This document shows positions 37,259 through 44,177 of a stretch of DNA of 64,000 nucleotides, one piece after another. Origin of the DNA: an uncultured Gammaproteobacteria bacterium (GTDB lineage: Bacteria > Patescibacteriota > Microgenomatia > UBA1406 > GWC2-37-13); NCBI GenBank assembly GCA_964582715.1, contig CAZOSM010000004.1, positions 57,906 to 121,905 of the forward strand, given 5' to 3'. A program made the position numbers and the translations under genes. Position 1 is the stretch's first letter; every line of letters begins with the position of its first letter. The notes under the pieces are model-generated. The model searched no databases, was not told where the DNA came from, and saw only the letters and a program-made list of their open reading frames with translations.

Positions 37259-38761
37259 ATGGATATAAATGCTCTTATATCGCAACTAAAGCAGAATGGT
37301 GAATCGGATGAAATGATTATGGTCCGATTGCAACAACAAGGATATGCTCCTGACCAGATAAAGGCAGGTATTGATATGTATTATCAACATAACTCAACTT
37401 CCATTCAAGTAAAGCCGGATAATTTTAAAAGGATTTTAATTATTGTAGGAGCTCTTTCAATTTTTTTAACTGTAGCTATATTTTTTGTCGTTAAGACATT
37501 TTATTTGAATTCACAATCGCAAGATGCAGATGCAAAATTCAATGAATCTACAACTTCTAGGCCCTCTCAACAGAACTTGCAAACTGAGACAAATACCCCC
37601 GATGCAAAAAAACATAGTACGAATAATATAATTGTATATGTAACCACCTCCGAACAAGAAGATACCCTCCATTTTTTTGATTCAACCACTAAAAGCGAAA
37701 TTACATCTTTTCAAAAACCATCTTTAAAGGAAGGTGTCACACTTTTATCTACGTGGTCACCCGAGGGAACATATTTACCGATCCTTTTTTTACAAACAGT
37801 AGGTACTCGTGATTCAACTCTCTATTTGTATAATCATGCATCAAAAAAAATTGCATCCATTTACACTGCAACTGATGCTGAAGCAGAAGTAGGACTACGA
37901 GATACTGCTTTCCCATATTCTTCAGGGTGGATAGATAATGAAAAATTCTATTTTTCAAAAGATCTAAGAGGAGATAAAAACATCATGAAATATATAACAA
38001 CAAGTGGAGTAATGGGAAGTGAAGAACGAGGAAATGTGACCGGGTTTTTTAATAACCGTTTAAAGTATACCTATGAAGTTTTAGGGACTTCCATAAAATC
38101 TACATTAGAAGTTGATGGAAAAGTACTGCCTATCGCAGAAGGAACATCTATATTTGCTATGCGAAAGGATCTGATATATGGATTACAGCTTGAACAAGAA
38201 AATGTATTGGAGAAAACTGAAGCATTTATGAAAGCTAATGAAGAGCGATTTAAATCAATGTCTGAACAAGATCAACAGAAAGAAATTCAGGCTTTTATGT
38301 CAAAACCCAGTGGTGCATCTATTCAAATTATTGATGCTAAAACAGGAGCTATTAGTAAAACAATTAATCTAGCAGATGAAAATTGGCAAGTTGTATCTGC
38401 TCAACTGCATCCAACTAAAGAAACGCTAGTTATTCACCAAAATAATGGGTTATTCCTTTCTACAGAAGACCGATTTCTATTAATAGATATCACGACAGGA
38501 GAAACAAGAGAGTGGTTTATTCAAAAAAGAGATGCAGGAGAGGATAGAAATGCATTTAATCTTTTACAATTTGGTAAAAGTTTTTTTGTTACTGATAATG
38601 GTGAATGGCTGGTTCTATATAGACAAATACCTAATACTAATCCTGAGGCAGTATCAATTATTATGAAAAACTTTAATACAAATGAAGAGTTTACCGTATG
38701 TAATGAAAATTGTGATGAATTCCGTGTTTATAATTCGAGCTATCTACAACCCATTTATTAA
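37259..38761 (+). CDS. Hypothetical membrane-anchored protein with external beta-rich (propeller-like) domain
   Basis: N-terminal module paralogous to ORF 36096, one TM, Gln/Thr-rich spacer, about 390-aa beta-rich domain; no confident family. Confidence 0.55.
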   Translation: MDINALISQLKQNGESDEMIMVRLQQQGYAPDQIKAGIDMYYQHNSTSIQVKPDNFKRILIIVGALSIFLTVAIFFVVKTFYLNSQSQDADAKFNESTTSRPSQQNLQTETNTPDAKKHSTNNIIVYVTTSEQEDTLHFFDSTTKSEITSFQKPSLKEGVTLLSTWSPEGTYLPILFLQTVGTRDSTLYLYNHASKKIASIYTATDAEAEVGLRDTAFPYSSGWIDNEKFYFSKDLRGDKNIMKYITTSGVMGSEERGNVTGFFNNRLKYTYEVLGTSIKSTLEVDGKVLPIAEGTSIFAMRKDLIYGLQLEQENVLEKTEAFMKANEERFKSMSEQDQQKEIQAFMSKPSGASIQIIDAKTGAISKTINLADENWQVVSAQLHPTKETLVIHQNNGLFLSTEDRFLLIDITTGETREWFIQKRDAGEDRNAFNLLQFGKSFFVTDNGEWLVLYRQIPNTNPEAVSIIMKNFNTNEEFTVCNENCDEFRVYNSSYLQPIY

Positions 38762-39624
38762 CTATAAATAGTATCTTGCCAGTTTTCATCAACTTCTACT
38801 GTAAGATCAAGGAATACTTTTTTACCAGTGGCAAGCGCAATCTCTTTTCGAGCATAGCTGCCCATTTCTTTAATTTTACGACCACCTTTACCAATAAGCA
38901 TACTTTTGTAGCGGTCATGAGTTGTAAGGATGCGAGATTTGATATACAGCATGCCGTTTTCACGTTCTGCGATTTCGTCCACTACTACTGTTATGGTATA
39001 TGGGATTTCTTCACCCATCATAATAAATATCTTTTCGCGAATGAGCTCGGCAATAAAGGTTTTACTATCCATATTTAAGATTGGATGAACTAATCCTTCC
39101 AAATGCAGTGAGGATTCTTCTACTTCTGGAAGAAGTTCAAAAATACGTTTCATAAGGGGAGCAATATGCTTTTGTTCTATAGCTGAAATATGAAATACAT
39201 CCGCAAATTCTTCTTCTAGATATTTATATTGGGCCATATACTTAGGATTCAAGTCTGCTTTATTAAAAACTAGTATTACAGGTGCTTTCATTTGGCGGGC
39301 TAAGCCGAGTACTCTTGCTTCTTCAAAGTCACGCTTACGAGTAGGGTCAACCATATACAACACAACATCAACTTTTTGATTGACAGTGTGTAAAGTCTGT
39401 TCATTAATATTTCGAGCTAAGGAATCAGATGCTTTTTGGAAGATACCTGGTGTATCAGTAAAAATGATATTTCCTCGCTCATCAGAATAAAGCCCTTGAA
39501 TAGGGAAACGGGTAGTTTGCGGTTTTGGTGAAGTAATAGCTACTTTTTGGCCAACAATATTATTTACAAATGTAGATTTACCTACATTTGGGCGGCCAAG
39601 TAAGAGCACAATACCTTCTTTCAT
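38758..39624 (-). CDS. era: GTPase Era
   Basis: GRPNVGKST, DTPG, NKAD G-motifs and C-terminal KH domain (IGKGGRKIKE); ATG 39624 preferred over 39687. Confidence 0.9.
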   Translation of the reverse strand: MKEGIVLLLGRPNVGKSTFVNNIVGQKVAITSPKPQTTRFPIQGLYSDERGNIIFTDTPGIFQKASDSLARNINEQTLHTVNQKVDVVLYMVDPTRKRDFEEARVLGLARQMKAPVILVFNKADLNPKYMAQYKYLEEEFADVFHISAIEQKHIAPLMKRIFELLPEVEESSLHLEGLVHPILNMDSKTFIAELIREKIFIMMGEEIPYTITVVVDEIAERENGMLYIKSRILTTHDRYKSMLIGKGGRKIKEMGSYARKEIALATGKKVFLDLTVEVDENWQDTIYS

Positions 39625-39661
39625 GAGGTAATTGTACCATAAAAGAGGGCTTTCTGTTAAG

Positions 39662-40120
39662 TTATTCTGTAACAATAAGTGAACCAACCATACCTTGCTC
39701 TCTATGATTCATTACCGAACAGTAGTACTCAAATGTTCCTACCTCATCGGCAACAAATTCAACGGTGGTAGTTTCACCAGTATCGACAACTTCTGAATGA
39801 ACATTCAATTCATCTATATTAAAGTCATGTGTGCCATTCACACTGGAGAAAGTTATAGTTACTCTATCACCCTTTTTAACATTCAGCTGTTGGACATCAT
39901 AAGAAAAGCTTGTCCCGTTAATGGTAAATTCTTTAGCACCATCTTCTTCCACTGTTACATCACCTTCTATAAAGCCAGTTAAGTTTCTCTGTGGAGCCGT
40001 TTGCTCTTGTGTATTTTCAGTAGGAGACATGGTATCTCTATTCATATTTCTCATAAGTAAGAATATAGCAAGGGCAACAAGAATAATCCCAATGACTGCA
40101 ATAAGTATTTTATTATTCAT
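39662..40120 (-). CDS. Membrane-anchored cupredoxin (type-1 blue copper) domain protein
   Basis: N-terminal TM. Ligand pattern H (GTHDF) ... YYCSVMNHREQGM (Cys-x4-His-x4-Met) as in plastocyanin/azurin-family proteins. Confidence 0.7.
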   Translation of the reverse strand: MNNKILIAVIGIILVALAIFLLMRNMNRDTMSPTENTQEQTAPQRNLTGFIEGDVTVEEDGAKEFTINGTSFSYDVQQLNVKKGDRVTITFSSVNGTHDFNIDELNVHSEVVDTGETTTVEFVADEVGTFEYYCSVMNHREQGMVGSLIVTE

Positions 40121-40215
40121 AATAATTTGGAATGGGTAATATACTTAAGGTACCTTATTTCTTCCTTCCATGTCAATATCTTTTACAGATTTAAGGTGTA
40201 TTTTAGCCTTACATT

Positions 40216-40224
40216 TGATAAAAT
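40216..40224 (+). promoter_or_regulatory. Extended -10 box TGATAAAAT for tRNA-Gln
   Basis: Ends 10 nt before the mature tRNA 5-prime end. Confidence 0.5.
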
Positions 40225-40234
40225 AGTGTCTACC

Positions 40235-40305
40235 TGCGGGATCGTCTAATGGTAGGACAACGGACTTTGGATCCGTTTATCTAGGTTCGAATCCTAGTCC
40301 CGCAG
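40235..40305 (+). tRNA. tRNA-Gln (anticodon UUG)
   Basis: Manual cloverleaf: TGCGGGA/TCCCGCA acceptor, ACGGA-CTTTGGA-TCCGT anticodon arm, CTAGG-TTCGAAT-CCTAG T arm, discriminator G. Confidence 0.9.
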
Positions 40306-40522
40306 CAAAACTGGATTCGGACGGGAGTGACAGTAAAGATCAGACTATTACAGTAAGCTATAGTCAAAACACTTCCATAATTTTCTTCATCGGTTCTAGA
40401 CTTATCGGAATACTTCAATGTTTATATTTATGCTGATAATACAGTCTAAATTAGAATAAACTAACCCAGTTAGGATTCGAACCGTTTAGACCTATAGTGA
40501 CAAGTCTTAAACTCTTCATCAC

Positions 40523-40531
40523 TGATATAAT
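40523..40531 (+). promoter_or_regulatory. Extended -10 box TGATATAAT, ends 6 nt before ATG 40538
   Basis: Perfect TGn-TATAAT; no SD. Confidence 0.5.
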
Positions 40532-40537
40532 AATGTA

Positions 40538-40960
40538 ATGAAATTTAATTCAATTCTTCCAGAATTATATGTAACAGATTTTAAAAAAAGTCTTCATTTT
40601 TATGTAGATATTATTGGATTTAAACTTGAGTATGATCGTCAAAATCCAAATTTTGCATTTCTTTCATTAAATGGAAGTCAAATAATGATTCAGGAATTAG
40701 AACCAAACGAAAGTGGCGAATATGTCACGGGAGTATTTGAATATCCATTTGGGAGAGGAATAAATTTTCAAATGAAAGTCACCGATGTAAATAAAATTGT
40801 ACAATCACTTAAAAATAATAATTACCCATTAAGAAAAGATATATTTGAAAGTTGGTACAAAGTAAATAATATATTAAAAGGAAACAGAGAAATATTAGTG
40901 CAAGATCCTGATGGCTATTTATTCAGATTTTCTCAAGATATTGGAACTAAATCACTATAA
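40538..40960 (+). CDS. VOC-superfamily protein (glyoxalase / bleomycin-resistance type)
   Basis: ELYVTDFKKSLHFYVDIIGFKLEY start and VQDPDGYLFRF end, typical paired beta-alpha-beta-beta-beta modules. Confidence 0.75.
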   Translation: MKFNSILPELYVTDFKKSLHFYVDIIGFKLEYDRQNPNFAFLSLNGSQIMIQELEPNESGEYVTGVFEYPFGRGINFQMKVTDVNKIVQSLKNNNYPLRKDIFESWYKVNNILKGNREILVQDPDGYLFRFSQDIGTKSL

Positions 40961-40993
40961 ATATTTTTAACAGATTGAGGACATTTTATACTT

Positions 40994-41354
40994 TTATTGG
41001 CTAGATAGAAAAGTAGATAATTTTGCTGAGAAATGACGAGGAGAATTTTTTATTGCTAATGCTACATATTCTTCCAGATACTGTTCTTTTCCATACCTTT
41101 TTAGTAATCTAATAGAAAATTTAGTATGCCCAGCACCACCTAATCCATTTAGGTAATGAATAACAAATCCCATCTTTTCTAGTGCATTAAACCATTGTTT
41201 TTGCAGCAATCTCTGCCATCTGATAATACATCATGAATCTATCTTCGCCTTTTATTTTTACTAATCCTTCATTCGCTAATACCCAAGCATCATTATATTG
41301 TTTAGATTTTATTAAAGATTGGATCTTATCTAGATATTGTATAAATTGATTCAT
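40994..41354 (-). pseudogene. Frameshift-split small helical (TPR-like) gene
   Basis: 55-codon ORF (41354..41187, MNQFIQYLDKIQ...YYQMAEIAAKTMV*) overlaps a 71-codon ORF in the +1 frame (41209..40994). The frame switch lies at or near an A5 run (GCAAAAACA). Confidence 0.35.
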
Positions 41355-41455
41355 ATTCGAGGTAAGTATAACATGTATTAATTATCATTTAGAGCATCCT
41401 GTAGAAGTTCGAGTCGCACCTTTGCAGCACTCATCTTCTTTGCTATCATAACTGT

Positions 41456-41650
41456 ATGAGTAAAACAGTTATCATTAATATTCTTATCAATACAGTAATA
41501 ACTTCAGTGTTTGTTTTGCACCAAATGTGGGCATTGCAAAATAGCTTAGAAGAAACTTTTATCTCTTTTGCTATTTTATATGGAATCGTAGTAGTTATTG
41601 TGAATGCTTTTTATTTGGCTTTGAATAGTAACCTCAGACCTGCCAAATGA
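41456..41650 (+). CDS. Hypothetical 64-aa two-TM protein
   Basis: Two hydrophobic helices; TGcTATCAT box ends 6 nt before the ATG. Confidence 0.45.
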   Translation: MSKTVIINILINTVITSVFVLHQMWALQNSLEETFISFAILYGIVVVIVNAFYLALNSNLRPAK

Positions 41651-41799
41651 TCTGGAAGTTGTAATAGCAGATTCAATGATTTTTGAGTATATACGATGAT
41701 GCATACGTAAAATACCATAAAGAGAATATAACCAATAGCGGCACAAGCTATCTTGAATATCACACCATCATTATCCGGGAGGCGGAAGAGAATCAACAT
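41611..41799 (-). CDS. Hypothetical ~62-aa membrane protein
   Basis: ORF directly downstream of the DUF2200 gene, one clear TM (IACAAIGYILFMVFYVCIIVY); weak support. Confidence 0.3.
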   Translation of the reverse strand: MLILFRLPDNDGVIFKIACAAIGYILFMVFYVCIIVYTQKSLNLLLQLPDHLAGLRLLFKAK

Positions 41800-41817
41800 T
41801 ATTTTAATTCTCAATAC

Positions 41818-42183
41818 TTATTTGCGTAAGATTTTTTCCATAGCCTTTCCTTTCGCCAATTCATCAATTAATTTGTCTAGGTAGCGGATATTTTGCATAA
41901 GTGGATGACTGATTTCTTCAACTCGCACGCCGCAGATCACACCTGTTATTAATGACCGTGCAGGGTTAAGTTTTGGAGCTTCTGCAAAAAAAGTTTCAAA
42001 GTTAGTTTCGTTTTCAAGGACAGTTTCTAATTCTTTTTGAGAATATCCAGTTAACCAGCAAATAATTTTATCAACTTCTGCTTTGGTACGTCCTTTTTTT
42101 TCTGCTTTTTGTACATAAAAAGGATAGACACTAGCTACAGACATTTTATAAATCCGGTGATTCTCTAAATTATCTTGTTTCAT
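41818..42183 (-). CDS. DUF2200-family protein
   Basis: [28 protein letters not shown] signature of DUF2200. Confidence 0.75.
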   Translation of the reverse strand: MKQDNLENHRIYKMSVASVYPFYVQKAEKKGRTKAEVDKIICWLTGYSQKELETVLENETNFETFFAEAPKLNPARSLITGVICGVRVEEISHPLMQNIRYLDKLIDELAKGKAMEKILRK

Positions 42184-42224
42184 GATTGTAATACTATCTA
42201 TTAGTTACTTCATATCACAATTTT

Positions 42225-42857
42225 TTAACCTTGGTATTCTGGGCATAGATCATCGAGAGGACAGTCTTCACACTCATGAGGACGGGCTACACATTTATGT
42301 CTGCCATGTAGTGTGAGCATACTGCCAAAGTGAATCCATTTGTCTTGTGGGAGTAGTTCCATAAGGTCTTGTTCTATTTTTTCTGGTTTTTTTTGATCAG
42401 ATAGTCCAAGTTTATTCGAAAGACGGATACCATGAGTATCGATAACAATTCCTGAAGGTATTCCATATGCATGACCAAGAACTACATTTGCTGTTTTTCT
42501 GGCAACACCAGGTAGAGCGTCGAGTTCTTCCATAGACTTTGGGACTTCGCCACCATGCTTTTCCATAATAATTTGTGCACATGCTTTAATATTTTTTGCT
42601 TTATTTTGAGAAAAAGTTACTTTGCTAATAAGTGCTGCAATGTCTTCTATTTTTGCTCCAGCCATATCCTTGATTGTTGGATACTTTTTAAAAAGTGCCG
42701 GAGTAAGCGTATTAACTACAACATCGCGAGATTGGGCAGCCATAATGGTTGCGACAAGGAGTTGAAAAGGAGACTTATAATCAAGTTCTACAACGATATC
42801 GGGATATACTTTTGAAAGACGTTTATAGATTTCTAAAGCTTTTTCTTTTTTATCCAT
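42225..42857 (-). CDS. nth: Endonuclease III
   Basis: HhH LPGVARKTANVV, catalytic-Lys region, C-x6-C-x2-C-x5-C Fe-S cluster (CVARPHECEDCPLDDLC); ATG 42857 preferred over TTG 42872. Confidence 0.9.
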   Translation of the reverse strand: MDKKEKALEIYKRLSKVYPDIVVELDYKSPFQLLVATIMAAQSRDVVVNTLTPALFKKYPTIKDMAGAKIEDIAALISKVTFSQNKAKNIKACAQIIMEKHGGEVPKSMEELDALPGVARKTANVVLGHAYGIPSGIVIDTHGIRLSNKLGLSDQKKPEKIEQDLMELLPQDKWIHFGSMLTLHGRHKCVARPHECEDCPLDDLCPEYQG

Positions 42858-43039
42858 GAGCAAAGAATACAATATTAGGCGTTAAAAATCATCCATAGAA
42901 AGTATCTTCAACACTTTTAAAAGTGGCAATATATATATTGATTATCTATAAAGCATATTATTACTCAACAATTATTTATTGAAAATCGATAAATGAAATG
43001 TTACAATAGATCATCAACTTATTAATTGAATTTCATTAT

Positions 43040-43516
43040 ATGAAACAAAAATCAGCATTATTTTTGAAGTTTGTTCTTATATCAATTGCACTTGGAGCAG
43101 CAGCTCTTATGATCTGGTTACCTCAAACAGAAGGGAGAGCTACAAATTTAAATCTCATTCAAATTTATAGTGATCCATTTGTTCTGTATTGTTATATCGC
43201 GACAATTCCCTTCTTTGCAGCACTGTATCATGCATTTAGACTGCTAGGGTATATAGAGAAAAATAAGGTGTTTTCACCCGTTGCTGTACAAATGCTAAGC
43301 AATATAAAAAATTGTGCGCTTGCTATTATCGGATTTTTGGTTGGAGCAATACTATATATACGATTTGTGCTTCAAGGGGATGATCCGACAGGACCAATAA
43401 TGTTGGGTATGGTTGCTATTTTTGCGACAACTGTCATTGCAACTGGAGTGGCTGTTGCAGAAAAAATGTTACAAACAGCAGTTGATATAAAATCTGAAAA
43501 CGATTTAACAGTTTAA
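43040..43516 (+). CDS. DUF2975-family membrane protein
   Basis: Four TM helices; precedes a YozG-type HTH gene, the usual DUF2975 partner. Confidence 0.6.
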   Translation: MKQKSALFLKFVLISIALGAAALMIWLPQTEGRATNLNLIQIYSDPFVLYCYIATIPFFAALYHAFRLLGYIEKNKVFSPVAVQMLSNIKNCALAIIGFLVGAILYIRFVLQGDDPTGPIMLGMVAIFATTVIATGVAVAEKMLQTAVDIKSENDLTV

Positions 43517-43526
43517 AAAGAGATTT

Positions 43527-43742
43527 ATGGGAATAATAGTCAACATTGACGTGATGCTTGCAAAACGAAAAATGAGCGTTACTGAGCTTACAGAAAAAGT
43601 GGGGATTACTATGGCTAATTTGTCTATTTTGAAAAATGGTAAGGCAAAAGCTATACGGTTTTCAACTCTTGAGGCAATCTGTAAAGCGCTAAATTGCCAA
43701 CCCGGTGATATTTTGGAATATAAAGAAGATGAAGAAAAGTGA
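43527..43742 (+). CDS. XRE/Cro-type HTH regulator (YozG-like)
   Basis: NIDVMLAKRKMSVTELTEKVGITMANLSILKNGKAKAIRFSTLEAICKALNCQPGDIL is a complete small HTH_26-type protein. Confidence 0.8.
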   Translation: MGIIVNIDVMLAKRKMSVTELTEKVGITMANLSILKNGKAKAIRFSTLEAICKALNCQPGDILEYKEDEEK

Positions 43743-43773
43743 GAATTTTTTTATAAAGAAAGGTGGTGATTTT

Positions 43774-44055
43774 ATGAAAACAAAAGATATTAGCATGCAA
43801 CAAAGTATATTAAGAATCACAGTGGGAACAGTATTATTGTTACTGATCCCTCTTATTGCGCAATGGCCATGGAGTACCAGTGATTTTGTTGTGATGGCTG
43901 TTCTTATTTTTATAGCTGGCTTAGGCATTGATCTGTTCTTGAGAAACAAATCTTCTCAAAAACAAAAAGCTCTTGTTGGCCTCGCAATTGTTGTGGGAAT
44001 ACTCTGGTTATATGTGGAACTTGCTGTGGGCTTGTTTACTAACTGGGGAAGTTAA
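43774..44055 (+). CDS. Hypothetical 93-aa three-TM protein
   Basis: AGGTGGTGA SD 4 nt upstream of ATG 43774; hydrophobic helices. Confidence 0.5.
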   Translation: MKTKDISMQQSILRITVGTVLLLLIPLIAQWPWSTSDFVVMAVLIFIAGLGIDLFLRNKSSQKQKALVGLAIVVGILWLYVELAVGLFTNWGS

Positions 44056-44069
44056 CACATGATACGAAT

Positions 44070-44107
44070 ATGCTGTCGGAATGAGCGTACGTAGTTCTCG
44101 ACAGCAT
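44070..44107. other. Perfect 9-bp stem hairpin (ATGCTGTCG - 20 nt - CGACAGCAT)
   Basis: Inverted repeat 44070..44078 / 44099..44107 in an otherwise AT-rich spacer; no U-tract. Confidence 0.4.
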
Positions 44108-44142
44108 GACCGCTTAGCTTATAATCTGAATAGAATTCAATG

Positions 44143-44171
44143 TTGTAATTGTGTAAATTTGTCCTTACAAT
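44143..44171 (+). promoter_or_regulatory. Promoter TTGTAA-N17-TACAAT, -10 box ends 6 nt before ATG 44178
   Basis: TTGTAA 44143..44148, TACAAT 44166..44171. Confidence 0.45.
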
Positions 44172-44177
44172 GACAGT

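Noticed and set aside
40473-40483. GGATTCGAACC (reverse complement of a tRNA T-arm core) and a similar GGATTCGGAC at about 40313, downstream of tRNA-Gln. Considered as a degraded tRNA gene or an att-site repeat.
   Set aside because: No cloverleaf can be folded because acceptor and T stems do not pair. The orientation is opposite to tRNA-Gln, so it cannot be a direct att repeat.
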